From NCBI GenBank assembly GCA_963558895.1, contig CAUWIK010000004.1, positions 32,966 through 96,965 on the forward strand: a DNA stretch of 64,000 nt, written 5' to 3'. The position numbers and the translations under genes are program-made. Shown here piece by piece: positions 43,216-52,868 of this stretch. The notes beneath the pieces were generated by a model that ran no database searches, was not told the DNA's origin, and worked only from the letters and a program-made list of their open reading frames with translations. Position 1 is the first letter of the stretch. Every line of letters starts with the position of its first letter. Source of the stretch: an uncultured Chlamydiaceae bacterium (GTDB lineage: Bacteria; Chlamydiota; Chlamydiia; Chlamydiales; Chlamydiaceae).

Positions 43216-43377
43216 AATTAATTGTAGTATGCATTAATATTATCTTTGATATTTAGAGACTACGATAAAATTTCTAATAGAGCAAGATAAGAAAGAATTT
43301 ATTTTTTGTAAAAATAAGACTATTTTTTTAGCAAAGAATATGATTTTATTGTAAAATTTTTCTTCCGGCTGAAGAAA

Positions 43378-43465
43378 GGAAAGATGGCTGAGTGGTCGAA
43401 AGCACGTCCCTGCTAAGGACGCGTACCCCTAAAGGGTACCGAGGGTTCGAATCCCTCTCTTTCCA
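43378..43465 (+). tRNA. tRNA-Ser (anticodon GCT), no encoded CCA
   Basis: Acceptor GGAAAGA/TCTTTCC, anticodon stem CGTCC/GGACG with loop CTGCTAA, long variable arm, T-loop GTTCGAAT. Confidence 0.87.
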
Positions 43466-43568
43466 AAATTTTTTTGACAAGTTTTCCACTGTTTATATTG
43501 ATGGGATCTTTTATATTTGATATCTTTTTTACTTAATGTTTAATGCAAAAAGTTAGTGGCTAATAAGC

Positions 43569-44105
43569 ATGTTGAATTATTGTAACATCCTTTCTTTGTC
43601 TAGGATAGTCTTTGCTTTTATCTTTTTTTGTGGAAATCCTTTATTTAGGTTTTTTGCTCTTTTTGGAGCTATGATAAGTGATTTTCTAGATGGGTTTTTA
43701 GCTAGGCAGTTGTCTAAAGAAACTAGATTTGGTGAAATTTTAGATCCTATTATGGATAAGCTTTTTGTTTTAATTTCTGGAAGTGCTCTTTTTGTTGAAG
43801 GAGGTCTTACTTTATCAGGATTAATTTTGATTTTCTCTCGAGATGTTTTCTTGTGTATTTTTTGTGCTTATTTAACGATGATGAGAGGATGGAAAGGTTA
43901 TAATTGTAAAGCTATGCTTTGGGGGAAAATTTGCACTTTAGCTCAATTTAGTATATTAGTTTGTATTACTTTTTCTATACAGATTCCCTATTATTGCTTC
44001 TTATTATTTATTCCTTTTGGCTTTTTTTCATTTCTTGAAAGAATTTATATACATAGAAAGAATGTGAGAAAGGCTAAATCTTATTTTTGCGAAGACAAGA
44101 GATAA
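43569..44105 (+). CDS. pgsA: CDP-alcohol phosphatidyltransferase (PgsA-like)
   Basis: 178 aa, multi-TM. SDFLDGFLARQ...GEILDPIMDK matches the D-G-x2-A-R...G-x3-D-x3-D motif. Confidence 0.85.
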   Translation: MLNYCNILSLSRIVFAFIFFCGNPLFRFFALFGAMISDFLDGFLARQLSKETRFGEILDPIMDKLFVLISGSALFVEGGLTLSGLILIFSRDVFLCIFCAYLTMMRGWKGYNCKAMLWGKICTLAQFSILVCITFSIQIPYYCFLLFIPFGFFSFLERIYIHRKNVRKAKSYFCEDKR

Positions 44106-44297
44106 AAGACAGTCGTTTTGTGCTAATTAATTCCTTGTTTTTTAAGGGTTTTTCTTATATAATTTAATTTCTCTTTTTCGATTTAAGCAATAACATGTCT
44201 TACAAGACAAAAGTACAGTTTCTTGATGCTATAAAGCTCGTCTTTTTAATAGAAGATGATATTCTTTTTGAATTCAGTTTTTGGAGTGGGGTAGTGC

Positions 44298-45941
44298 GTG
44301 AGCGCAACATCTAAAAACAAATTGTTTTCTAAATGGCGAGCACTAATTTGGCCTATATATCACTATGACTTAAGTAAGTTTTTGCCTCTGTTCTTTTTGG
44401 CTTTTTTTATAGGATTTAATTATACCGTACTTAAAAATATGAAGGATGCTTTATTAGTATCCACAGCTGGAGCCGGGGCAGAAGTAATTCCTTTTATTAA
44501 AGTTTGGGGTATTGTTCCTGGAGCAGTATTAATGACTGCTTTTTATGGCTTTTTAAGTAATAAACACAATAAACGAACTGTTTTTTTTATTCTTGTTGGA
44601 TTTTTTAGCATATTTTTTATTCTTTTTTCTTGTGTAATGTACCCTTGTCAAGAGTATTTGAGATTAGATGCTTTATCGGATCGTTTAAGTTTGATTTTGC
44701 CTCAAGGATTTAAGGGTTTAGTGGCAATGATTCGCTATTGGAGCTTTAGTTTATTTTATGTTATGTCTGAATTATGGGGCTCTGTTGTTTTATCAACTTT
44801 ATTTTGGAGTTTAGCTAATGAAATAACTTCTGTTTCAGAAGCTAGTCGTTATTATGCTTTAATAAATACGGCTATTAATTTGGCAGGTTTGTTTGCTGGA
44901 TTATTTTCTGTATGGATAAGTACTCCAATATTTTTACGTTTTGTAGTAGATGAATGGCATAATATCATTATCCTTCTTACTATTTTTATATCAATCTCTA
45001 GTATTTTTGTTTTATTTCTTTATAATTTTTCTTATCAGAAACAGAATAAAAAATTAATTAAAGAAGAAACTTTTGTTAAAGATTCTTTGATTTCTTTAAA
45101 AGTTAATCAGAAGAAAGAAGAAAGAGAACGTGTAAAACTTCCAAAGTTGTTTTCGTATATTTCTCATTCTAGGTATCTTTTGTATATAGCAGCTCTTGTT
45201 TTATCATATAACTTAACAATTCATTTGTTTGAGGTTGTTTGGAAAGATCAGGTAAGTAATTTATACCCAAGTCCTATTGATTTTAATATGTATATGGGAA
45301 GAGTTTCATCTTTTACTGGTATTGTTTCTACGTTAACTTCCTTGTTAATTTCTGGCCATTTGATAAGAAAGTTTGGTTGGACATTGAGTGCTTTTCTTAC
45401 TCCTTTAATTATGTTTGTAACCGGAAGTGTTTTTTTTATAACTATTTTCCTTTTTCAAAAAAATAGTTCTATGCTTTCTTTTTTAGGAATGCATTCTCCT
45501 TTATCTTGTATTGTTTTTTTGGGTTCTGTACAAAATATTTTATCGCGTACTTCAAAGTTTACTTTTTTTGATATAACAAAAGAAATGGCTTTTATTCCTT
45601 TATCTCCCGAAGCTAAGAGAAGAGCAAAAGCAGTAATAGATGGTGTTGTTTCTAGAGTAGGAAAATCTGGGGGCTCTTTTCTTTATCAATTTTTGTTAAT
45701 TTTATTTTCTACAATTTCGGCAAGCATTAATGTTGTTAGCTTTCTACTTATTTTTATATTTATATCTTGGAGTTTGTCTATATTTGGTTTATCAAAAAAG
45801 TTTTCTCAATTGACTATTGATGAAAATCAATCTGCAGATGTTGTAAATTTTAATGATAAGAATGTAATTTTATCTACTTATAATACTATTGAGGATCTTA
45901 CTCCTTCTTCTCTAAAGGAGATAACCCCAGTTATTAAATAA
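44298..45941 (+). CDS. npt2: TLC-family nucleotide transporter (ATP/ADP translocase / NTP importer), Npt2 by genomic position
   Basis: 547 aa with a GTG start and about 12 TM segments. The N-terminus (WRALIWPIYHYDLSKFLPLFFLAFFIGFNYTVLKNMKDALLV) matches the chlamydial/rickettsial Npt/Tlc pattern. Assigning Npt2 rather than Npt1 rests on synteny only. Confidence 0.85.
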   Translation: MSATSKNKLFSKWRALIWPIYHYDLSKFLPLFFLAFFIGFNYTVLKNMKDALLVSTAGAGAEVIPFIKVWGIVPGAVLMTAFYGFLSNKHNKRTVFFILVGFFSIFFILFSCVMYPCQEYLRLDALSDRLSLILPQGFKGLVAMIRYWSFSLFYVMSELWGSVVLSTLFWSLANEITSVSEASRYYALINTAINLAGLFAGLFSVWISTPIFLRFVVDEWHNIIILLTIFISISSIFVLFLYNFSYQKQNKKLIKEETFVKDSLISLKVNQKKEERERVKLPKLFSYISHSRYLLYIAALVLSYNLTIHLFEVVWKDQVSNLYPSPIDFNMYMGRVSSFTGIVSTLTSLLISGHLIRKFGWTLSAFLTPLIMFVTGSVFFITIFLFQKNSSMLSFLGMHSPLSCIVFLGSVQNILSRTSKFTFFDITKEMAFIPLSPEAKRRAKAVIDGVVSRVGKSGGSFLYQFLLILFSTISASINVVSFLLIFIFISWSLSIFGLSKKFSQLTIDENQSADVVNFNDKNVILSTYNTIEDLTPSSLKEITPVIK

Positions 45942-46002
45942 TTTTATTTTTATGTATAGCTCTAATCTTAAATTGTTTTAGATTATAAGTTATTATATAT
46001 TT

Positions 46003-47028
46003 TTGTTTAATGAGGTTGCTGTGAAAGTCATAATTAGAGCGTTTATAAAATCTTTAGGTTATTTGTTAGGATTAGTTTTTGGTTTGAGTTTAGCTATATT
46101 ACTTGTTTTAAGTATTTGTGTTAGTTTAATGAAATTGCATTCTGATTTGGAAGTGCTTCCAAATAGTGAAGGTATTAAACAAGATTTAGGAAAAACAAGT
46201 CCTATTATATTAGAAATAAAGTTGCATGGAGTAATAGCTTCTAGTTATAATACGGCAGAAAAAATAAAAAGCGTTCTTTTAGAATGTGAAAATAGTCAAA
46301 TTAAAGATAGAGTTAAAGGAATTCTTTTATGCGTTAATTCTCCAGGTGGAGAAGTTTTTAATGCGAACGAAATTTATTCAACATTAAATTCTTGGAAAAA
46401 AAGAACTTTATGTCCTGTTTATGTTTATGTTGAAGGCTTATGCGCTTCTGGTGCATATTATATTTCTTGTGCAGCAGATAAAATTTATACTAATGATATT
46501 AGTCTTATAGGATCTATAGGTGTTACAAGTTCTCCTTTTTTTAATGTTAAAGAGGCTTTAGCTAAAATAGGCATAGATTCTCTTGTATTATCTTCTGGGA
46601 AAGATAAATCTAGTTTAAGTCCCTTTAAAGAATGGACTGAGTCAGAAAAAGAGTCTCGTCAAAACTTATTGGACTTCTTTTATTCTAATTTTTTAGACGT
46701 TGTTCTTAAAAGTAGGAAACAACTTACAAGAGAACTCTTAGTTAAAGAAATAGGAGCAAATGTTTTTCCTCCAAAGGTGGCTTTAGATTATGGTTTGATC
46801 GATGAAATTAATGTAACTAGGGATATTGTATTATATGATCTTGTCAAAGAATTAGGTATTCAAGATGATTATAGGGTGGTATCTTTTGATAAAGAACAAA
46901 TGTTGAAGAAGTTTTTTTCTGCAGTAAGTTCTAGTCCTTTATTTTCGGGAAAAATGAAACATGAATTAATTATGAATGAGACTAATTCTCATTTAAATTA
47001 TGAGTATTTGTATGGACAAGATTCTTAA
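46003..47028 (+). CDS. sohB: S49-family signal peptide peptidase (SohB/SppA-like)
   Basis: 341 aa. N-terminal TM, NSPGGEV and GLCASGAYYISCAADKIY motifs. The start (TTG 46003 or GTG 46021) is uncertain. Confidence 0.82.
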   Translation: MFNEVAVKVIIRAFIKSLGYLLGLVFGLSLAILLVLSICVSLMKLHSDLEVLPNSEGIKQDLGKTSPIILEIKLHGVIASSYNTAEKIKSVLLECENSQIKDRVKGILLCVNSPGGEVFNANEIYSTLNSWKKRTLCPVYVYVEGLCASGAYYISCAADKIYTNDISLIGSIGVTSSPFFNVKEALAKIGIDSLVLSSGKDKSSLSPFKEWTESEKESRQNLLDFFYSNFLDVVLKSRKQLTRELLVKEIGANVFPPKVALDYGLIDEINVTRDIVLYDLVKELGIQDDYRVVSFDKEQMLKKFFSAVSSSPLFSGKMKHELIMNETNSHLNYEYLYGQDS

Positions 47029-49675
47029 AGATAAAAGACTATTTATCTTGGATGCTTCTGGTTTCATTTTTCGTTCTTATTTTGCTTTACCTTCTATGAT
47101 ATCTCCAGATGGTGACCTTGTTCAAGGTGTTTTTGGTTTTATTCGTTCTTTTAATAAGTTAAAGAAAGATTTTGATTTATCACATGTTGTTGCTGTTTTT
47201 GATGGACCTAATAATAAAGAAAGTAGAAAAGCAATTTATGATGATTATAAATCTAATAGAACAAGGAAGTTAGATGATTTGCCAAAACAAATTTTTCTGA
47301 TTAAAGAATTTTGCTCTTTAATAAATCTTTCATGCGTAGAGATTGATGGAGTAGAAGCAGATGATGTTATAGGAAGTATTGCTATATATGCAGAAGAAAA
47401 AAATTTTCAAGTTTATATTTGTTCTGCTGATAAAGATTTAAGTCAATTAGTTAATGAAAATATTTATGTTTTGAATCCTTGGAAAAATAACTTGATATTA
47501 GATCGAGAAGGGGTGAAATCTTTATATGGTGTTTATCCAGAAAATATAGTGGATTACTTAGCTTTGGTTGGAGATAATGTTGATAATATTCCAGGAGTTA
47601 AGGGATGTGGGCCCAAAAGTGCTGTTCAGTTATTAGAACATTTTGGTTCTATTGAGAAGCTCTTAAGTTCATTGGATAAAGCAGATCAGTCAAAGCAAAT
47701 ACAAAATATTAAGAATTCTATAGATATTTTACAGATAGGAAAGAAATTAGCTACTATAGATAGATTTGTCCCTATTCCTTTTTTTTCAAATATGTTTCAA
47801 TTTTCTCCTTATCAGCAAACAGATGCTCTTTGCAACTTTTATAAAAAATTAGGCTTTACATCTTTAATTAAGGAAGAGAAAAGAAATCATAATATTCTTT
47901 TAGAAGAACAAGAAGAAAAAGTATATGAAAAAATTTCTTCTTTAGAGGAATTAAAACAAATAGAAAAAATTTTAAGTAATGCTGAAATTTTTAGTTTTAT
48001 TTTTCATTATGAAGGAGAATCTCTACATAATTTAGATATTCTTGGTTTGTGTTTGTGTTTTGAAAAAGAAAAAACGATTTATATTTCCAAAGAGATTTTT
48101 GAAGAAGATTATACTTTTGGTCAATTTGTAGATACTATTTTGCTTTCGAAAAAATTAATAGGGTTTTCTACAAAAAACGATTTGCATGCTTTTAAAATGA
48201 TTTCAGAAAAGGATTTTTTTATACATTTTGATATTGCTATAGCTAATTATTTATTACATACTGGAGATAAAGAATTTTCTTTGCAAGATATAGCAAAGTT
48301 TTATTTAGATTCTTCAGTTGTAAAACGATTGCTTTCTTATAAAAGTTATAAGAGAAATAGTTTGTTCAATAAAGAACACTATAGTTATCAATTTTTTTGT
48401 GAAGTAGCAGAAATTAATTTTTTGTTGTATTCCATATTGAAAGATGAGTTAAAAGATCGTAATTTGTTTAATTTATTTCAATCCATAGAAATGCCTTTAA
48501 TTTATAGTTTATTTGCTATGGAAAGAGCTGGTGTTTTTGTAAATGTATGTGAATTAAGTTTATTAGAAAAACATTTGGAAGAAAAATTAGGGCAATTAGA
48601 AAAAAAGATTTATAACTTAGCTGGGGAACATTTTAATATTAATTCTTCAAAGCAATTGGCTAGTATATTATTTAATGTTTTAAAATTGCCTTCTTTTGGT
48701 GATAAACTCTCTACAAAAGCAGAGATTTTAGAAGCTCTTGTAGATCACCATCCTATAGTTTCTGAAATTTTATCTTATCGTATGTTAGAAAAGCTTCGAT
48801 CAACTTATGTGACGGCTTTACCTAAACAAGTAGATCCAAAAACGCAACGAATTCATCCTACCTTTCTTCAAACCCTTACTGCTACAGGACGTTTGGCTTG
48901 TCAATCACCTAATTTACAAAATATTCCTATTAAAACGGAATTAGGATTGTCTATAAGGCATGCTTTTTGTCCTCAGATTCCGGATAGAATTTTTGTATCC
49001 TTTGATTATTCTCAAATTGAATTAAGATTTTTAGCGCATTTTAGTAATGACTCGAAAATGATAGAAGCTTTTCTTTTGGATCAAGACATACATGCCGTTA
49101 CTGCATCAGAAATTTTTCATGTGCCTTTATCTAAAGTAACTAGAGATCAAAGAAGAGAAGCTAAAGCAGTTAATTTTGGATTAATTTATGGGCAACAAGC
49201 TTATGGTTTATCAAAAATTTTAAAAATTAGCTTACAAAAATCAAAAGAATTAATAGCTTCTTATTTTTCTCGTTATCCTTCAATTAATGATTACTTAGAA
49301 GGAATAATAGAGAAAGCAATGGTAGAAGGAAAAATTCAGACTTTATTAGGAAGGGAACGAAAAATAAATGGCTTACATTCACAGAATGCTTTAGAGCGTA
49401 ATGCTGCCCGTCGTTTGGCTGTTAATACTCCTATGCAAGGAAGTGCTGCTGATTTAATAAAATTAGCAATGGTAAATATACATAAATTATTTTTGAAAGA
49501 AAAATTACGTAGTTATATGATTTTACAAATTCATGATGAATTGCTTTTTGAGATATTTCCTGAGGAAGAAGATTTTTTAATTTCTGAAATAAAGAAGATT
49601 ATGGAAACTTCAATAACTTTGAGAGTTCCTTTAGTAGCAAATATCTCAATTGGAAAAAATTGGGCAGAATGTTAA
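47012..49675 (+). CDS. polA: DNA polymerase I
   Basis: 5' nuclease domain (LFILDASGFIFRSYFA, GDNVDNIPGVKGCGPK) and polymerase motifs A (SFDYSQIELRFLAH), B (RREAKAVNFGLIYG) and C (LQIHDELLFE). The central ExoI motif reads FHYEGES, not DTETDS. Confidence 0.95.
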   Translation: MDKILKDKRLFILDASGFIFRSYFALPSMISPDGDLVQGVFGFIRSFNKLKKDFDLSHVVAVFDGPNNKESRKAIYDDYKSNRTRKLDDLPKQIFLIKEFCSLINLSCVEIDGVEADDVIGSIAIYAEEKNFQVYICSADKDLSQLVNENIYVLNPWKNNLILDREGVKSLYGVYPENIVDYLALVGDNVDNIPGVKGCGPKSAVQLLEHFGSIEKLLSSLDKADQSKQIQNIKNSIDILQIGKKLATIDRFVPIPFFSNMFQFSPYQQTDALCNFYKKLGFTSLIKEEKRNHNILLEEQEEKVYEKISSLEELKQIEKILSNAEIFSFIFHYEGESLHNLDILGLCLCFEKEKTIYISKEIFEEDYTFGQFVDTILLSKKLIGFSTKNDLHAFKMISEKDFFIHFDIAIANYLLHTGDKEFSLQDIAKFYLDSSVVKRLLSYKSYKRNSLFNKEHYSYQFFCEVAEINFLLYSILKDELKDRNLFNLFQSIEMPLIYSLFAMERAGVFVNVCELSLLEKHLEEKLGQLEKKIYNLAGEHFNINSSKQLASILFNVLKLPSFGDKLSTKAEILEALVDHHPIVSEILSYRMLEKLRSTYVTALPKQVDPKTQRIHPTFLQTLTATGRLACQSPNLQNIPIKTELGLSIRHAFCPQIPDRIFVSFDYSQIELRFLAHFSNDSKMIEAFLLDQDIHAVTASEIFHVPLSKVTRDQRREAKAVNFGLIYGQQAYGLSKILKISLQKSKELIASYFSRYPSINDYLEGIIEKAMVEGKIQTLLGRERKINGLHSQNALERNAARRLAVNTPMQGSAADLIKLAMVNIHKLFLKEKLRSYMILQIHDELLFEIFPEEEDFLISEIKKIMETSITLRVPLVANISIGKNWAEC

Positions 49676-50268
49676 ACTTAAAGAAACTTTCTGTAACTGG
49701 AGACCCCGGAAGTGGAAAATCAACTATATGTTCGATTTTTAAGGAATTAGGTTCTTATATAGTTTCAGCAGATGATATTGTAAGAGAATTATTAGTTACT
49801 ACTTCTAGTGTTGGTCAAAAGGTAATTCAATTATTAGGACCATCTATTGTTAAAGAGGATAGATTAGATCGGCAAACTATTGCGAATATGGTCTTTGATG
49901 ATATTTATCTTCTGAAAGAATTAGAAGGAATCTTACACCCAGAGGTTCATAAAATTATTCAAATGAATTATAAAAAAGTGTGTCGGGGCAATGATTATTC
50001 TTTGTTTGTAGCAGAGATTCCTTTATTATATGAATCAAACTCAGAAAGTTTTTATGATATTGTTATATTTGTGAGTGCTAATCAGAATTTGTGTATGTCG
50101 CGATTTTTATATAAAAAAGGTTGTTCTCAACAGGAATTCTATAGAAGACTTAAACGTTTTTTACCTATCGAAGAGAGAAAAACGCGAGCAAATTTTGTTA
50201 TTGAAAATAACGGAACAATTGAACAGTTACGAGAAAAAATTATTAAATTAAATACTTTAATTCTTTAA
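49660..50268 (+). CDS. coaE: dephospho-CoA kinase
   Basis: 202 aa. P-loop [11 protein letters not shown] and AEIPLLYES. Confidence 0.85.
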   Translation: MGRMLNLKKLSVTGDPGSGKSTICSIFKELGSYIVSADDIVRELLVTTSSVGQKVIQLLGPSIVKEDRLDRQTIANMVFDDIYLLKELEGILHPEVHKIIQMNYKKVCRGNDYSLFVAEIPLLYESNSESFYDIVIFVSANQNLCMSRFLYKKGCSQQEFYRRLKRFLPIEERKTRANFVIENNGTIEQLREKIIKLNTLIL

Positions 50269-50278
50269 AGAGGATATT

Positions 50279-51679
50279 ATGAACGAGGATCCCTCTTCGG
50301 CCATATCGGCTAAACCACAGCAAATAAATAAGCCTAGTGTTCTTACCCCTCCTGATAAAATGGTTATGGATGATGTTGTCGTGCCTTCTGTTCCAGAAAA
50401 TTGTCAGGAAACACCGGTTCATGTTATCACAAAAATTTCTAAATTGCAGCGTATGCAAATCGAGGAATTGAATCAAGTAGCTCGTCTTTATGGAGTGAAA
50501 AATGTTGGTTCTTTAACTAAATCTCAAGTTGTTTTTGAAATTGTTAAAGCAAAATCAGAAAAACCAGATGAATTATTAATAGGAGAAGGAGTTTTAGAAG
50601 TTCTTCCCGATGGTTTTGGCTTTTTGCGTTCACCAACATATAATTATTTACCTTCAGCTGAAGATATTTATGTTTCTCCTGCTCAGATTCGTCGTTTTGA
50701 TTTGAAAAAAGGCGATACCATTATGGGAACTATTCGTTCTCCTAAAGAAAAAGAAAAGTATTTTGCCTTGCTAAAAGTGGATAAGATTAATGGTTCTACC
50801 CCAGATAAAGCAAAAGAGCGAGTATTGTTTGAAAATCTAACTCCTTTGTATCCGAATTTGAGAATTATTATGGAAACGGGTAAAGAAAGATTGCCAGAAA
50901 GAGTGTTAGATTTGACTGCTCCTATAGGTAAAGGTCAAAGGGGACTTATTGTTGCTCCTCCTCGTTCAGGAAAAACTGTAATTTTACAAAGTATTGCTCA
51001 TGCTATTGCAACTAATCATCCGGAAATTAAGTTAATAGTATTATTAATAGATGAGAGGCCAGAAGAAGTTACGGATATGATTAGGTTAGTTAAAGGAGAG
51101 GTTATTGCTTCAACTTTTGATGAACAACCAGAACGCCATATTCAAGTAGCTGAAATGGTTATAGAAAAGGCAAGAAGATTAGTAGAGCATGGTCATGATA
51201 TTGTAATCCTTTTAGATTCTATTACTCGATTGGCTAGGGCTTATAATACAGTACAACCTCATTCTGGAAAAATTTTAACAGGTGGAGTAGATGCAAGTGC
51301 TTTACATAAACCTAAGAGATTTTTTGGAGCAGCTAGAAATATTGAACATGGTGGGTCTTTGACTATTTTGGCTACAGCTTTGATAGAAACGGGTTCTCGT
51401 ATGGATGAAGTTATCTTTGAAGAGTTTAAAGGAACAGGTAATATGGAATTAGTTTTAGATAGAAGGCTTGCTGATAGACGTATTTATCCTGCTATAGATT
51501 TAATTAAGAGTGGAACAAGAAAAGAAGAATTGTTGTATCATCCTGGAGAATTAGAGAAAGTATTCTTATTTAGACAAGCTATAGCAGACTTAACATCGAT
51601 AGATGCTATGAATCTTCTTTTAGGTAGGTTGAAAAAGACTAATAGTAATGCAGAATTTCTATTATCATTGAAGGAATAG
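50279..51679 (+). CDS. rho: transcription termination factor Rho
   Basis: 466 aa. About 50-aa N-terminal extension, RNA-binding domain (GFGFLR), Walker A (APPRSGKT), [13 protein letters not shown] and RIYPAIDL. Confidence 0.97.
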   Translation: MNEDPSSAISAKPQQINKPSVLTPPDKMVMDDVVVPSVPENCQETPVHVITKISKLQRMQIEELNQVARLYGVKNVGSLTKSQVVFEIVKAKSEKPDELLIGEGVLEVLPDGFGFLRSPTYNYLPSAEDIYVSPAQIRRFDLKKGDTIMGTIRSPKEKEKYFALLKVDKINGSTPDKAKERVLFENLTPLYPNLRIIMETGKERLPERVLDLTAPIGKGQRGLIVAPPRSGKTVILQSIAHAIATNHPEIKLIVLLIDERPEEVTDMIRLVKGEVIASTFDEQPERHIQVAEMVIEKARRLVEHGHDIVILLDSITRLARAYNTVQPHSGKILTGGVDASALHKPKRFFGAARNIEHGGSLTILATALIETGSRMDEVIFEEFKGTGNMELVLDRRLADRRIYPAIDLIKSGTRKEELLYHPGELEKVFLFRQAIADLTSIDAMNLLLGRLKKTNSNAEFLLSLKE

Positions 51680-51699
51680 GAATGAAATTAACAACAATG

Positions 51700-51728
51700 T
51701 TGATTAAAAGTTTGTATTCTTTTAAACT
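51700..51728 (+). promoter_or_regulatory. candidate sigma-70-type promoter in the rho-carA spacer
   Basis: TTGATT (51700-51705), 17-nt spacer, TAAACT (51723-51728). Chance matches are common in AT-rich DNA. Confidence 0.25.
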
Positions 51729-51784
51729 TTCTTTCCAAATGAAGAGAATTAAAAGTATATTATTAATAATTTGATTAATGGGAG

Positions 51785-51815
51785 CCATCTATCTTGAGAT
51801 AGATGGTTTTTTTTT
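51785..51815 (+). terminator. strong intrinsic terminator abutting the carA start (rho terminator and/or pyr attenuator)
   Basis: Perfect 9-bp stem CCATCTATC (51785-51793) / GATAGATGG (51798-51806), loop TTGA, then nine T (51807-51815). GTG ATG of carA follows immediately. Confidence 0.8.
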
Positions 51816-52868
51816 GTGATGTTGAAGGAATGTTTATTTTTAGAATCAGGAGAGATATTTTTAGGAAAACAAGAGACTTCTTTTTCTGGAGAAGGAGAAG
51901 TTGTGTTTACAACAGGGATGTGTGGTTACGTAGAGAGTTTAACAGATCCTTCTTTTTCGAAGCAGATTTTAGTTTTTACCTATCCTATTTTAGGCAATCA
52001 TGGAGTTCATGATAAACATACTTGGGAAGGATTGAAAATTTCTGTGGCAGGAGTTGTGGTTAGTTATTTGAGTAATCAATGGAGCCATGCCCAAGGAATA
52101 ATGTCTTTAAGAGAATGGTGTGAAATTGAAAAAATCCCTTTGATTTCTTCTATAGATACAAGAAGGTTAACAAAAGTTATTAGGAATAAAGGAAGTTTAT
52201 GGGGATATATTGGAGAGAAAAAAGCAACAAAAAATAATTTTAAAAAAGAAGTTAATTTAGTTGCTTCTGTAACGCCAAAGGAAAAATCTTTACATAATTG
52301 GAGCAAAAATCATCGTCATCAGGTTATTGTTGTTGATTGTGGAATGAAAAATAACATTTTGAAAGAGCTTTCAAAATTTCCTATTAATATTGTTAGAGTC
52401 CCCTATGATTATGATTATTCAAAAGAATATTTTGATGGCATATTTATCTCGAACGGACCAGGAGATCCTTCAATATGTTCTGAGACAGTTAGTATTCTTA
52501 AAAACGTTATGTCTTGTGGAAAGCCTATATTTGGAATATGTTTGGGATTACAACTGATGGCTTTAGCTATTGGGGCAAAAGTTTATAAGTTGCCTTTTGG
52601 GCATAGAGGTCAAAATCAACCTTGTTTTTGCATAGAGGATAAAAGATGTTATTTGACTAGTCAGAATCATGGTTTTGCAGTTGATGCGAATTCCTTACCA
52701 AAAGATTGGCAGGTATGGTTTGTTAACTTAAATGATAATTCTGTGGAAGGAATAAAGCATAGTTTTTTACCATTTTTTTCTGTTCAGTTTCATCCAGAAG
52801 CTGCTCCTGGTCCTACCGATACAATGTGGTTATTTAAAAGGTTTTATCAATGTATATTGGATCAATAA
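51816..52868 (+). CDS. carA: carbamoyl-phosphate synthase small (glutaminase) subunit
   Basis: 350 aa. VVFTTGMCGYVESLTDPSF, GATase triad context GICLGLQLMA and FSVQFHPEA. The start is GTG 51816 or ATG 51819. Confidence 0.95.
   Translation: MMLKECLFLESGEIFLGKQETSFSGEGEVVFTTGMCGYVESLTDPSFSKQILVFTYPILGNHGVHDKHTWEGLKISVAGVVVSYLSNQWSHAQGIMSLREWCEIEKIPLISSIDTRRLTKVIRNKGSLWGYIGEKKATKNNFKKEVNLVASVTPKEKSLHNWSKNHRHQVIVVDCGMKNNILKELSKFPINIVRVPYDYDYSKEYFDGIFISNGPGDPSICSETVSILKNVMSCGKPIFGICLGLQLMALAIGAKVYKLPFGHRGQNQPCFCIEDKRCYLTSQNHGFAVDANSLPKDWQVWFVNLNDNSVEGIKHSFLPFFSVQFHPEAAPGPTDTMWLFKRFYQCILDQ

Noticed and set aside
44195-44314. 39-codon upstream ORF overlapping the npt start, plus a TGTCTT-AC-AAGACA palindrome at its 5' end
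   Set aside because: No ribosome binding site and no recognisable peptide. A 6-bp palindrome is expected by chance at this scale. It was noted only as a possible regulatory uORF, with no support.
51803-52012. 69-aa ORF overlapping the carA 5' end
   Set aside because: It starts inside the terminator stem and is out of frame with carA, whose N-terminus matches the CarA family. It is an Arg/Phe-rich artefact.
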